A DNA stretch of 64,000 nt from a plasmid: sequence record NZ_CP072215.1; one strand, given 5' to 3'. Position 1 is the stretch's first letter. Every line of letters begins with the position of its first letter. Positions 46,941-57,295 of this stretch are shown here, piece after piece. Below the pieces are notes generated by a model. It ran no database searches and had not been told where the DNA came from. It was given only the letters and a program-made list of their open reading frames with translations. A program made the position numbers and the translations under genes.

Positions 46941-48887
46941 TTATCGGATGATTTTTTGTTCTGTCTTGTGTGTCCCGGTTGGCGGAACTGCTGACTTTTC
47001 TTTTAATTTGTCCTCTATCTTTTTGAGGATGGCGTTGACATCTTCAATGATTTTGATGTAGTTCTGCTGGATAATCTCTTCCAGGATTTCCAGTTCCATC
47101 TCTTCTTTGCCGTTGCCCAGTTTGACCGGTAAGGAGAAACGGGGTATCTCCTTCTCTTCAAAACGGCACATATCCATCTGCACGCTGAAGAATGGCGGCT
47201 TGCCTCCGGCAATCTTGCCAATGAAGTGTCCGGCTGCTTGTCCGGCAATGTCCCTTGCCTTTAAGACTTTTTCTTTTTGCAGGCTCTCCGTGACACTGTT
47301 ATTGCCACCGGCTTGGTGTGAATAAGATTCTTGCGCTTCTTTCTTCTCCCCAAGCAAGTTCTCGATGTCTTTGGCGGTCTTCTCATTTCCGGTCATACCG
47401 TAAGCCTGCGTTCCGCAGGAGGCTTTCAGGATGTTGGCACTTTTCTCTCCATAGTCCCTGACCGCTTGGTTGAAGTCCTGAACGGCGAGAATGGTAGCGA
47501 CATTGTGCTTCCGGGCGGTTCCGATGAAAGTGTCAATGCCTTGCAACAGGATGGTCGGAAATTCATCTACCATGAATATGCTGGTCGCTTTGCCGGGATT
47601 GTTCATCTGTGACATCAAGACGCTGCCGATGCAGGAAATAGCAGGGGAAACGGCTTCCTTGATGGTGGGCGCATTGCCTACGCATAACAGCGTTGGGTGT
47701 TCCTTGTTGGTTATATCCAAAGAGAACTCTTCTTCGGGAAGTGGCGACAACACCCAGAAGATGTATTTGTTGTTCAGGAGTACCAACGGAGTCTGTGCGG
47801 ATGATACGGCTCCGGCTGTCTGCTGTTGTGCACCCAGTTTCCAGGCGGTCAGCATGGAGGACATGTTCAATGCGATTTCAGGATCTTCCGACAGCCAGTG
47901 GAATACTAGGTTGCTGTCAGAAAGGGCAAGGGCTATCACATGGGGCAGCGTACAGATACCAAGCTTCCTTTCCTTGAAACATTTATAGGCGATTGAATAG
48001 ACGTAGTTGATGGCATTGTTGGCCCAAAAGTCGGTCTTTTCCTTCCAGCTTGCTTCCAGATTCTTCATCAGTGTCATGATGATATTGCGGATGAATAGCG
48101 ATTCGTTTCCCTTTGACATGTATTGCGGAGAAAGTACGTTCACCCTGACCGTGCGTGACATATCCACAAAGTTGATATAGGCGAAACGGGGTGTTTCCAT
48201 CCCCTTGTTCCGGAAATGTTCGATGCTTCCGTATGCGATACGTGAGAGGATGGGTGACTTGTCCTTGGTGGGATCACCCTCCCAATCGTACACGAATCCG
48301 GCATAGTTGCGCTCGGCGCACTGGTAGATGATTCCCTTGATCCAGCTCTCTGATTTACCGCTTCCCGGACCGCCGTCGATATAGACATTCTGCTGCGGCT
48401 TATGGATGACCAGCGGCCCGGAGGCGGTTTCAAAGCGGAAGTAGAAAGCCGATTCTTCCCGGCTTAACCCGAAAATGCTATCATCGGATTGGGCATGACG
48501 CCGGATGAAATAAGGCAGAGTCTTGATGACAAGCAGCGTGTACGCTACGAATAGAATGGGAAATACAAATAGGTTATACCACGCTGATAACCGGCTGAAT
48601 CCGACAACCAGCATGGATGCCGTAACCAGTGTCATACTGGTGTAAACCCATTTCTTGTTTTCGTCTTTCACTTTGCCAACCGGAAAGAGAAAAGCGAGGC
48701 CTCCGATCAGGATAACGTAGAGAAACCGGAATAGGATATCCTTCTCCATCAGCCTTTCCCACATGGCCGGATTACGTAGTGGAGCGTATAATCCCGTAAC
48801 GATAGCCCACTGAAACAGTACGGCTGTCCCGATGAGCGTGGATAGCAGGATCAGGATGAATGACAGGTCTTTCTTCTCTCTTTCCAT
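46941..48887 (-). CDS. type IV coupling protein (TraG/TraD/VirD4 family)
   Basis: N-terminal TM helices and Walker A IDGGPGSGKSES; 648 aa. Confidence 0.85.
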   Translation of the reverse strand: MEREKKDLSFILILLSTLIGTAVLFQWAIVTGLYAPLRNPAMWERLMEKDILFRFLYVILIGGLAFLFPVGKVKDENKKWVYTSMTLVTASMLVVGFSRLSAWYNLFVFPILFVAYTLLVIKTLPYFIRRHAQSDDSIFGLSREESAFYFRFETASGPLVIHKPQQNVYIDGGPGSGKSESWIKGIIYQCAERNYAGFVYDWEGDPTKDKSPILSRIAYGSIEHFRNKGMETPRFAYINFVDMSRTVRVNVLSPQYMSKGNESLFIRNIIMTLMKNLEASWKEKTDFWANNAINYVYSIAYKCFKERKLGICTLPHVIALALSDSNLVFHWLSEDPEIALNMSSMLTAWKLGAQQQTAGAVSSAQTPLVLLNNKYIFWVLSPLPEEEFSLDITNKEHPTLLCVGNAPTIKEAVSPAISCIGSVLMSQMNNPGKATSIFMVDEFPTILLQGIDTFIGTARKHNVATILAVQDFNQAVRDYGEKSANILKASCGTQAYGMTGNEKTAKDIENLLGEKKEAQESYSHQAGGNNSVTESLQKEKVLKARDIAGQAAGHFIGKIAGGKPPFFSVQMDMCRFEEKEIPRFSLPVKLGNGKEEMELEILEEIIQQNYIKIIEDVNAILKKIEDKLKEKSAVPPTGTHKTEQKIIR

Positions 48888-48898
48888 GGCCGTTGCTG

Positions 48899-49240
48899 TT
48901 ATTGGGGTTGTCCGGATGCCGTTCCGTCACCGCTCTCTTTTTTCTCTGCCTTTCCCAGTAACTCAATGCGTGAGACGGTCAGGCTGACGGATGGGATGTG
49001 GCTACCGTCATCCTTCTGGAATACATCGGCATACACATCGCCGCAGACATATACCTGTGTCCCTTTTTTCAGATACTCAAAGACTTTACTCTCGTAATTC
49101 ACGAAACAGCATACCCATAGGGTCTGTTCCTCGTTGTTCACGTTCTTGTACTTGGTGGATACATGGAAGTTGAATCCTTTTCCGTTCTTGTTCTGCCGGG
49201 CATCCGCACCGACATAACCGATAATTTGTCCTGTAAACAT
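48899..49240 (-). CDS. SSB-like OB-fold protein
   Basis: ORF from 49282; likely start MFTGQIIGYVGADA. Pattern LWVCCFVNYESKVFEYLKKGTQVYVCGDV typical of short SSBs. Confidence 0.6.
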   Translation of the reverse strand: MFTGQIIGYVGADARQNKNGKGFNFHVSTKYKNVNNEEQTLWVCCFVNYESKVFEYLKKGTQVYVCGDVYADVFQKDDGSHIPSVSLTVSRIELLGKAEKKESGDGTASGQPQ

Positions 49241-49259
49241 AATGATGGTTTTTAAAAGT

Positions 49260-50453
49260 TTATAATCCGAGCTGTGGCTCATTCATATTTTTCATGGCTG
49301 GCTCCGCTTCCATGGAAGGCAGCGAAATGCCGAAAGTGCTGTGTAGCGTTTCAAGGTTGTCGGCTGTAGGATGGTTTGCCGCAACACTTTCCAATAACCG
49401 TGATGAAGGGGTAAAACCTTCGTTTTTCATCTGCTCCAATACCGGACGGTTGTCTTGCAGGACGGCCTGCGTGAACCGTTCCTCCGGTGTGAGGTACTGT
49501 TCCATCCGTGCGGTATGTTCCTGAATCATATTGCTGGCTTTTCCTACATCGGCAAGGATGTTGTAGATGAATTTGGGATCTTCTTTCAAGGCTCCCAGCC
49601 AGTTTTTTAGATACATGGCATTTTCTTCCCGGATATGGGTGGATATTCCCAGGCTTTGCCCGACGGTAGCGGAGGTGAGTTCGGCAACCAGTTCCTCTTT
49701 GGCATATTGCTTGTCTCCGAAAATCACGCCTTTTTCCCGGTTCAGATGCTCAGGTTCTCCAGTCGAGTGCGCCATCTCATGCAGTAGTGTGGAGTAGAAA
49801 TTCTCTCCGTCCTTAAACTGCCCCTTCAGGGGTACGACGATATGGTTATCTTCTCCCCTTGCATGGTAAGCACTATTTCCTTCCTTGGAATAAATGGGGC
49901 AGATCCATTGCTGTTCCCGTACCATCGCATCAATCAGAGGCACGGTGAGCATCCCTTGCTCGTCCTTGATGGCCGGTATCTTGAATTGCTCCTTCAATGC
50001 TTCCCATTTCTCCGGTTTCGTTTCCTGAAGATTGGTCTGCTGTACGTTGAACACATTGTATGTCTTCAGAAACGGCGTGACCTTATATTCCTGCTGCTCG
50101 TTTTTATCCAGGTTCTTATATACGTCGAAAGGTATTTTCTTTCCGTTCTTGTCTCTTACTGAGAAATTCCAGTAAATGACTGGGAATGACTTTTCTCCTT
50201 TCAGTATGTTAAGGCCGTTGTCTTTGGCTTGCATGAAGGTCATATAGACCGGCAGGCTGTACTGCTCTTTTTCCGAAAGTAGAAACAACATGAAGGAATT
50301 TACTCCGTTGTAGGTTCTTCCCTCGATATTTTGCGGAAGTCCCCCACCCTTTATCCCGAACCAAGGCTTTTGCCAGTTGTCTTCCACCTGCTTTATCTTT
50401 TCGATCATCAGTTCGGCGAAACGCTGTAATGCTTTATCACTTGCTGTATCCAT
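49260..50453 (-). CDS. ardC: ArdC-like antirestriction protein (DUF1738 ssDNA-binding N-domain + zincin HExxH domain)
   Basis: WQKPWFGIKGGGLPQNIEGRTYNGVNSFML N-domain and LLHEMAHSTG metalloprotease motif. Confidence 0.8.
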   Translation of the reverse strand: MDTASDKALQRFAELMIEKIKQVEDNWQKPWFGIKGGGLPQNIEGRTYNGVNSFMLFLLSEKEQYSLPVYMTFMQAKDNGLNILKGEKSFPVIYWNFSVRDKNGKKIPFDVYKNLDKNEQQEYKVTPFLKTYNVFNVQQTNLQETKPEKWEALKEQFKIPAIKDEQGMLTVPLIDAMVREQQWICPIYSKEGNSAYHARGEDNHIVVPLKGQFKDGENFYSTLLHEMAHSTGEPEHLNREKGVIFGDKQYAKEELVAELTSATVGQSLGISTHIREENAMYLKNWLGALKEDPKFIYNILADVGKASNMIQEHTARMEQYLTPEERFTQAVLQDNRPVLEQMKNEGFTPSSRLLESVAANHPTADNLETLHSTFGISLPSMEAEPAMKNMNEPQLGL

Positions 50454-50456
50454 GAT

Positions 50457-50642
50457 TTATTGGTATAGATTTCTGTTCTCGTAATCAAGCAGCCATTCTC
50501 TGGCCGTTTGGTTGTTTGTCTCTTGCTGCTTGGCAGCCATCTCTTCTTGATAGGCTTGTGCAAGCTCTTCCTGTGCAAGTAGAAACTCTAAGTCACTGAT
50601 TTCTCCTGCAATGTTTTTCTGTACTAATTCATCGTAATCCAT
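50457..50642 (-). CDS. small acidic hypothetical protein
   Basis: 61-aa ORF. Confidence 0.3.
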   Translation of the reverse strand: MDYDELVQKNIAGEISDLEFLLAQEELAQAYQEEMAAKQQETNNQTAREWLLDYENRNLYQ

Positions 50643-50660
50643 AATTCCTGATTTTTTAGG

Positions 50661-52133
50661 TTATAAGTCATTGAAAGCCCGGTTGATGGTGCTGGCTATC
50701 GGACGGGCCATTTCCTTGCTGTTGTCGGGTTTGGGTGTGCTGGCCAGTTTGACATCTCCCAGTGTCTTTGTGCTGCCTTCCATCCCGAAAATCTTTTGTA
50801 CGGCTATCAGTGTGTTGGCTTGCACACCCGTTTCACGCATCCGGGTAAGGTCTTCTTGAGTGAGCCGGTACCCTTCTTTCTGTATCTCTTGGATGACATG
50901 AAAGTTGTCGGTCTGTGCGGCATCCAACAGACGTGCGGCCTGCCTTTCATGTTCGCCCTGTTCTTCCGGCTTGGTGCCGAACAGCTGGATGACTTCATGG
51001 GTTTGCCTTTCATCCAGACCGTGTTCCTTACCGATTCCTTTGATAAACTCTTCACTGGGTTTATATCCTTCCTCTTTGAGCTTCCCGATTTTTTCAAAGT
51101 CATGTTTGCCCACCGCTTCCTTAAACTCGGCTTCCATATTGCGCCCCTCTTCGTGTTTTTGCTCTTTTGCAGCTTCTATGTTGGCCGCATGGGCTTCCAG
51201 TTTGGGGGTCATGGCCTTGATCAGCTCTTGTGCCTTGCCGGGAGTGATACTCTGTATGTTCTGTATCATGACTCCTTTCCTGTCATCCGTCAGTTGGATG
51301 TCGGCAATGAAGTAGCCTTCCGGACTGTGCAGCAGCTTGTTCTCCAGTGCATGGCCGTTGGCGAGCAGGTATTTGTCGGCTTTGGTTAACTTGTAGCCGC
51401 CATATTCGCTGGTCTGCCCGATGATGTCGGGAATCTTGATTTCCTGGTTGGTGCGCAGGATGACGGAGTTCAGATCCCGGTCAACTTGCAGCAGGATGTC
51501 CTTCTTATTTACGGTGATGGGTACGATGTCACCGGCAAGCAGCTGTTCTTTCTCTTTCTTGCCCAACTTCTTTCCCAGCACCTTGTCCGGGATAACCAAC
51601 GCCTCTTTGCGGTAGAATACGGAGATTCCGTCATCGTTGAAACGGAGCTTCCCCGGTTTGCCGTGTATCTCCATCAAATCAGACATGACACCCTTTTCCA
51701 GCTTGGTGCCTTTCCCGTCGAGGATGTTCCCTTGCTTGTAGGCGTATTCATAGAGCGACTGTCCGGTGTAGCATACCTTCAGGCGATGGTCGATGACGGT
51801 AAAGCCGTCCTTGTCATGTCCCTTCAGGTTCTCCCACCGCTTGATGCTGATGCCATCCTTCTCCAGCTCGGCGACATATTTAGGATCATTGGCACGTTCC
51901 TTGTCAAAAAGGGCGGATACACGTTCTTTTGATTGGTCACGAAGGCTTTCATCGTACTTTGCTCCGGCTTTTTCCCTGATTTCGCTTACGCTCATGCTCA
52001 GCTCTTCCCCGTCTTTGCGGAACCGGAAATATCCGTCCCGGTATTCGGTCTGATAGCCCAGTGATTCGGCGATGCCGCCGAACTGTCCCACGTTGTCGAA
52101 CATATAGGTGTCTAATGCTTCTCTCAGTTTCAT
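50661..52133 (-). CDS. K/E-rich conserved conjugative-element protein (DUF3945-like?)
   Basis: 490 aa. No catalytic motif recognised. 4-nt overlap with the traN-like gene. Confidence 0.4.
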   Translation of the reverse strand: MKLREALDTYMFDNVGQFGGIAESLGYQTEYRDGYFRFRKDGEELSMSVSEIREKAGAKYDESLRDQSKERVSALFDKERANDPKYVAELEKDGISIKRWENLKGHDKDGFTVIDHRLKVCYTGQSLYEYAYKQGNILDGKGTKLEKGVMSDLMEIHGKPGKLRFNDDGISVFYRKEALVIPDKVLGKKLGKKEKEQLLAGDIVPITVNKKDILLQVDRDLNSVILRTNQEIKIPDIIGQTSEYGGYKLTKADKYLLANGHALENKLLHSPEGYFIADIQLTDDRKGVMIQNIQSITPGKAQELIKAMTPKLEAHAANIEAAKEQKHEEGRNMEAEFKEAVGKHDFEKIGKLKEEGYKPSEEFIKGIGKEHGLDERQTHEVIQLFGTKPEEQGEHERQAARLLDAAQTDNFHVIQEIQKEGYRLTQEDLTRMRETGVQANTLIAVQKIFGMEGSTKTLGDVKLASTPKPDNSKEMARPIASTINRAFNDL

Positions 52134-53242
52134 GGCTGTGGCTTGTATAAGGGTTCTGCGGAAAGGATGTATTCGTTCAACACGGCCAGCTTGATGTGCC
52201 GCCCGCCGTTTCGCTCGTAAATCTCGATCTCGAATACCTTATCATCGGGTATCGTGAATTTGTCGAAACCAAGTATCAGCCGGTTCCGGCTCTTGCCCTT
52301 GATTTTCGTATCAAAATCTTTCTGATAGATAGGTTCGATGGTCGTTTCTTGCTGGATGGCGTTCTTGCTCTTCTTTTGGTCACGCTGGAAACATTTGACA
52401 AACTCGATGTCGTAGTCGATGTATGATTTGTTTTTCAGGTCAAAGATGAAAAACATGAAGTCCTCATGCACATACAGATTGGCCATTGACAACTCAAACT
52501 TGTTCTCGATGACCCCCAGGCTGTAGATGTTGCGCTTCTTGGTGCGCAGCTCTTGGATGCATCTTTCCATTTCCTCGCTGTTCACATCCACATGGGCGGT
52601 ATATTTGCGCTGGTCATCAAAATTGTAGGTGAATACGGAGGTATTGCCCCGTTTGATGGTGATGTGGTAAGTGTTCATGGCCTTATCCACCACAAACAGG
52701 TTGGAATATGCCACGGCATCTTTGGCGGTTGATACTTTCAACTGGTTGTTGTAGGCGGCCAGAGTGAAGGACACCTCGTTGCCGGGCGTTCCGTAAGCGA
52801 TGTCCTCCGGAAAGAAGAACTCGGCCAGATGGAGGTCGCTGACTTCTGCCTGATAGTCATGGTGCTGCCATTTCCCGTTGTCCTCGTAAATGTTCGGGTA
52901 CGAATCCGTGCCGCCTTCGGGAAGGTAGCGGATGTGATAGGTGTAAACGCTTCCGTCGATGCAGACTACGGTCAGGTTGGTCTCTTCGGTGAATCCTTCC
53001 GCTTGCGCCGAGAGCCTGACGATATGGGGCGCCTCTTCTACCCGGCTGGCCATGACAAGCTCCTGTTCGCCGATGGCGATATCAGATACTTGCACAGGAA
53101 ATACCAGGTGTTTCACACAGTCGAAAGAGATAAAGATGTCTTTTTGGCTGATGGCTTGTTTCCGGGGAGTGCCGTTTTCCTGAGCGAAGAGCGGCAGACT
53201 GCACACAAAGCAGTAAAACAGTAGATAAATATATTTCTTCAT
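52130..53242 (-). CDS. traN: conjugative transposon protein TraN-like (VirB9-like)
   Basis: Signal peptide LPLFAQ. 370 aa. Position after traM in the Bacteroides tra order. Confidence 0.6.
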   Translation of the reverse strand: MKKYIYLLFYCFVCSLPLFAQENGTPRKQAISQKDIFISFDCVKHLVFPVQVSDIAIGEQELVMASRVEEAPHIVRLSAQAEGFTEETNLTVVCIDGSVYTYHIRYLPEGGTDSYPNIYEDNGKWQHHDYQAEVSDLHLAEFFFPEDIAYGTPGNEVSFTLAAYNNQLKVSTAKDAVAYSNLFVVDKAMNTYHITIKRGNTSVFTYNFDDQRKYTAHVDVNSEEMERCIQELRTKKRNIYSLGVIENKFELSMANLYVHEDFMFFIFDLKNKSYIDYDIEFVKCFQRDQKKSKNAIQQETTIEPIYQKDFDTKIKGKSRNRLILGFDKFTIPDDKVFEIEIYERNGGRHIKLAVLNEYILSAEPLYKPQP

Positions 53243-53254
53243 GTTGTCGATATG

Positions 53255-53440
53255 TTAAACGGTTCTTGAAAAAAAGGCGGTGAATACGGTAATGCCCCAT
53301 AGAAGAAGCAGGGTAATGCCGAAAGAAACGGTCAGCGGACGGATTTCTTTAAAGGCTCGTCCGTTCCGGCGTGATACGTAGATCCGATAGCCGAAAAAGA
53401 CCGCTGACAGCGCAAGCAGGTAATTGAGAATGTCTATCAT
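53255..53440 (-). CDS. small membrane protein
   Basis: 61 aa, two hydrophobic helices. 4-nt overlap with traM. Confidence 0.3.
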   Translation of the reverse strand: MIDILNYLLALSAVFFGYRIYVSRRNGRAFKEIRPLTVSFGITLLLLWGITVFTAFFSRTV

Positions 53441-54720
53441 AATTTGTCTATCAATGTTTGAAGGGGATGATTTTTCTTGTTCGTTTTCTCTTGTTCCATT
53501 TGCTCATAGAGCTTCTGTAACTCCGCTTGCACGGCTTGCCTACGCAACTTCGATTCCTGACTCTCTTCTTGGATATACATTTCGTAGTTGGACTTGAGAT
53601 GTACCTTCACTTGTGAGAGGCTCATGTTCAAGATTTGCTTGGCTACCTGGGTGGTGGCGTTGACTACGCTGGTCACTTCGCTGGCCATCGTGCCGATGGA
53701 AGAGAGCGGCATGTCAATGTTCTGTACAAGACCTTGTTCCATACGCTTGGCTGCACTGGCTTTCAGGTTATTGGGCAGGTTCAAACCTTCCATGGCATCA
53801 TTGTCGAAGACAACCACCGATACGGGATTGAGGTTGTCTCCTACCTTCAGGTTGCTGACTACCACATCGAGGCGGTTGGCTCCCAAAGTGGCGATACCGT
53901 AAAACAGCGTGTTGGCCGGTATCTTCATGCCGGATAGGGTTACGTCCTGAAGCAACCGCATCCGTACCGTACTGCCCGTGACTACGGTCTGGTCGCCGTG
54001 GATGCAAGCCCTGAAGAGGTTGCTGTTTCCCGGTGCGGAGGTCGGTTGGCGGCGTACCCGCTTGCCGTTTTCGGCATGGTAGATCGGGCCTTTTTGCATC
54101 AGGCTGTCGGCGGATGGATGGCCGGAAGGGTTGGCAGCGGCTTTCTCCGTTTTTCCCTCTTGGTCATAATTGACAATCCGTTCATACATGCGCTTGCGGT
54201 ATTTGTCGGATTCTTCCAGTTCCTTGCGGATGCGTGAGTTCTTCTTGGCTTCCCGGATAATCTCGTTGAGCGCCTGCTCGTCCTCCAGTCCGTCCAGTTG
54301 GCTTTCCAGCTGATGAGAGAAGCGTCCGTTCCGGCCACCTCCGTATTCTGCCATGACTTCGCTGTACGGATCGTTCTGCATACGGCGGATGCGCTCCAGT
54401 GTGGCACGGTCATACCGCTCCTGCTGGTTTTGCAGCTCGAAGTAAAAATCAGATCCTTTGACCTGAGACTCTTTCAGGATGCGTGCCTTCTCCTGCTCTT
54501 CCAGTTTGTCCTGCTTATAGGCTTCCATCTTGTCGTTCACCTTGTCGGCCATTTCCGACTGTGGTTCCAAAAAGGCTTGCGAGGCGGCCTGTCTGTCACT
54601 CCCTGACGGCACGTTCCCGTCCTCACGGATGAAGAATACATAAAGGAAGAGGATGCCCAGGATTACCGGGATGGCCATCAACAGCTTGTTCTTGTCTTTG
54701 ATAAGTTTATTCGGTTCCAT
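53437..54720 (-). CDS. traM: conjugative transposon protein TraM-like
   Basis: ORF from 54825; likely start MEPNKL. Single N-terminal TM (AIPVILGILFLYVFF), charged coiled region, C-terminal beta-rich domain. Confidence 0.65.
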   Translation of the reverse strand: MEPNKLIKDKNKLLMAIPVILGILFLYVFFIREDGNVPSGSDRQAASQAFLEPQSEMADKVNDKMEAYKQDKLEEQEKARILKESQVKGSDFYFELQNQQERYDRATLERIRRMQNDPYSEVMAEYGGGRNGRFSHQLESQLDGLEDEQALNEIIREAKKNSRIRKELEESDKYRKRMYERIVNYDQEGKTEKAAANPSGHPSADSLMQKGPIYHAENGKRVRRQPTSAPGNSNLFRACIHGDQTVVTGSTVRMRLLQDVTLSGMKIPANTLFYGIATLGANRLDVVVSNLKVGDNLNPVSVVVFDNDAMEGLNLPNNLKASAAKRMEQGLVQNIDMPLSSIGTMASEVTSVVNATTQVAKQILNMSLSQVKVHLKSNYEMYIQEESQESKLRRQAVQAELQKLYEQMEQEKTNKKNHPLQTLIDKL

Positions 54721-55405
54721 GGTCGGTTGGTTTAGAGGTTTCTGACTGGTTTTCATTCTTGCCCGGAGAAGCTGCCTGCGATGTGTTGGTGCCGTTGCTT
54801 TCCACGGGTTCGGAATAGCGGACAATCCAATCTTCTATCTTGGCTCCGTGCGCATTTTCCTCGCTGCGGGACAGCATATCATAGATGGTGAACTCCGCTT
54901 CGATATTACGTGAGATGCTTCCCCGTGCCCGGTACCCGGTCTGCGTGAAGATTATCTTTCCGGAAACGGGTATCGTTTGTGTGTTAATCTCTACATCCTT
55001 GATGCGTACCCCGTAACGGATATTCTTTTGTATGAGTGAGTTCAGCATATTCACATCGTTGTACTCGTTCAACAGCTCCTTCCCCTTGTTGCCTATGAGG
55101 TTGAGCGCAAGCGAAATGTTCTTCTCGTAGCTGCTCTCGTCAAAGGCATACCAGTGGGTTACGAAGGTCTTTACATGGTTCATGTATTCGTATTGCCGCA
55201 TATCGCTGGCAGACAGGCTGCTTGCCTCATAGACTTCTCCCTGCCTGTCGATGACGAGAGCCTGGCCGTATGCTTTTTCTATTTTGTTGATAAGGAAGAT
55301 GATACTGCTGGCAAAAGCGATAGTCAGAATGATGCAGTACCCGGCTGAAAGCCGGATAGTCAGCTTGACCGCATCATCTGCTCCTTTGAATTTCATCAGA
55401 TTCAT
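54707..55405 (-). CDS. traK: conjugative transposon protein TraK-like
   Basis: N-terminal TM CIILTIAFASSIIFLI; 232 aa. Confidence 0.6.
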   Translation of the reverse strand: MNLMKFKGADDAVKLTIRLSAGYCIILTIAFASSIIFLINKIEKAYGQALVIDRQGEVYEASSLSASDMRQYEYMNHVKTFVTHWYAFDESSYEKNISLALNLIGNKGKELLNEYNDVNMLNSLIQKNIRYGVRIKDVEINTQTIPVSGKIIFTQTGYRARGSISRNIEAEFTIYDMLSRSEENAHGAKIEDWIVRYSEPVESNGTNTSQAASPGKNENQSETSKPTDHGTE

Positions 55406-55409
55406 AGTT

Positions 55410-56465
55410 CTATTTTTTATTGTTGTCGTTTATGAAACTTGCCCCGATAGAGGCGGCACCGCCTACGTTGGTCAGCTTGCCGCCTGCCGCTGCGCCTCCC
55501 ATCAGGGCGATGGTGGCCGCCGTGGTGACGATTGACACGGTTTTCGAAATGATTTTCCCGGCATCGCTGTGTCCTACGATTTTGGAGGATAGCCAGAAAC
55601 AGCTGCAATAAGCACCAATCAGGGCGAGATCCATTCCTAAATATTGTATCTGCTGCGTAGCTGCGTCCACCATGTCGGCACTTTCCGTATAGATGGCCTT
55701 GAAGGTCTGCCATATGATTTGGTTCAGAATATTGATGACGGTGAATACCATACAGGCGGAGCAGAGCGTACCGAACCAGATACTCAACTGTTTCTGAAAG
55801 ACCGGCAACATGCTTACGGCAAAGACAAACGGGCCGAGAATGACCAGTAGCTTGACAATGACCACGCCGATACCCAAGATGACTACTTGTATGATTCCTA
55901 CCAATAGGGCGGAAATGCCATGAAGCACAAGGGTGGCGAGGTTGGCGGGGTTGAGCAGCTGCACAATCTTCTCCACGCTGGAGCGTACACCGGTCATTTC
56001 GTCCTCTTCCATCTTTTTATCCAGTTCGTGCTGCATGGCGCCGGTGCTGTCTTCTCCGGCTGCTACCTCCGACTGGAGGCTGTGTTTGTCGTATTCGGCA
56101 ATCATCTCTCCTTGTTCGATGGCTGATTGTGCCATGAACTGGGCAAATTCCTGCGCACGCTCGGAGGTCAGCGAGGTGGCTTCGTTGATTACTTCCATCG
56201 TGCCTACGATGGTTTGGGCGATGGGGGTGTATATGCTTAGGCAGAAGAACAGTACCAGGCAACGGGCGATTTCCATCATGTCGGGAAATTTGTCCTCATT
56301 CGGGCTTAACAGCTGGCTGGCTCCGTGATAGAGATAGTTGTATGCTAGGTTGCAGATAAAGCAGATGACACCAACACCGAAGGCGATGACTGTCATTTGC
56401 GAAACGAGTTCCATCGTCAGACCGTCCGTGATCTGAAGTCCCCAGAGAAAATTATCTTGATTCAT
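55410..56465 (-). CDS. traJ: conjugative transposon protein TraJ-like (VirB6-like polytopic membrane protein)
   Basis: 351 aa with >=6 TM helices. Confidence 0.7.
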   Translation of the reverse strand: MNQDNFLWGLQITDGLTMELVSQMTVIAFGVGVICFICNLAYNYLYHGASQLLSPNEDKFPDMMEIARCLVLFFCLSIYTPIAQTIVGTMEVINEATSLTSERAQEFAQFMAQSAIEQGEMIAEYDKHSLQSEVAAGEDSTGAMQHELDKKMEEDEMTGVRSSVEKIVQLLNPANLATLVLHGISALLVGIIQVVILGIGVVIVKLLVILGPFVFAVSMLPVFQKQLSIWFGTLCSACMVFTVINILNQIIWQTFKAIYTESADMVDAATQQIQYLGMDLALIGAYCSCFWLSSKIVGHSDAGKIISKTVSIVTTAATIALMGGAAAGGKLTNVGGAASIGASFINDNNKK

Positions 56466-56471
56466 AACGCT

Positions 56472-57068
56472 TTAATTGGTGTGTCGTGTGAAAGCGGCCA
56501 ACCGTCCCTGGTAATAGGTCTTCCGGTTATGCCCCTTCATGGATTTGTAAATGACCGTGGAACGCACGGATTCGTTAAACTCACGCATCTCTTCGGCGGC
56601 TTTTTCCACCGATTCCTTCACCTGCTCGATAAAGGACATGCGCCCTTCCGAGTTCATCGAGAAGTAACTGGTCACGGTGGCCACCTTGAACAGCAGGTCG
56701 GTACTCAGGCTCAGATTGACGGTCACACGCTGAAAGTTGAGAAATTTCAGGCAGTGGTAATTCGATCCTACGTTCAGGTAAAAGCTGTAGTCGCTGCTCA
56801 GGCAGGCTACGTCGTCCAGCAGGTCGGCAAGCTCTTTCAATGATTTGAGTTCCTTCAACTGGTCGATCTTTTGCAGGCCGAGCCGCAGTTCCTGGGCATC
56901 GATCATTTCATTGATTTGTGTAACCCATTTCTTGACATTGGCGATCCATTCCGTTGAGTTCAGCAGGGTGTGGCCGGGATCATGCACGACGAACTGGGCA
57001 TGAACACTGCCGGTTCCCATCAGCCCTATCGAGGCGGCAAGTCCGAGTATGAGAATGATTCTTTTCAT
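56472..57068 (-). CDS. traI: conjugative transposon protein TraI-like
   Basis: ORF from 57170; likely start MKRIILILGLAASIGLMGTGSVHAQ (signal peptide). Confidence 0.5.
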   Translation of the reverse strand: MKRIILILGLAASIGLMGTGSVHAQFVVHDPGHTLLNSTEWIANVKKWVTQINEMIDAQELRLGLQKIDQLKELKSLKELADLLDDVACLSSDYSFYLNVGSNYHCLKFLNFQRVTVNLSLSTDLLFKVATVTSYFSMNSEGRMSFIEQVKESVEKAAEEMREFNESVRSTVIYKSMKGHNRKTYYQGRLAAFTRHTN

Positions 57069-57073
57069 GACGG

Positions 57074-57295
57074 TTATTTGTTGGTGATGAATAATAGGGT
57101 GAATATGACACATACCAGCCAGGCTGTCAGATAGCTCTTGGCATTTTCCTTTTTCGTGGCGAGTGCCCATACCACGAAAATGAGCGCAACGCCCAAAAGT
57201 GCGGCGGCAATGCTTCCGGCAAGATTGTATGCGCTGCCGTTGAAGTCGGTTGACCAGCCTAGAAGGGCGGTCAGCCCTTGGGTGGCGTCATCCAT
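57074..57295 (-). CDS. small membrane protein (TraH-like position)
   Basis: 73 aa, two TM helices. 8-nt overlap with traG. Confidence 0.3.
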   Translation of the reverse strand: MDDATQGLTALLGWSTDFNGSAYNLAGSIAAALLGVALIFVVWALATKKENAKSYLTAWLVCVIFTLLFITNK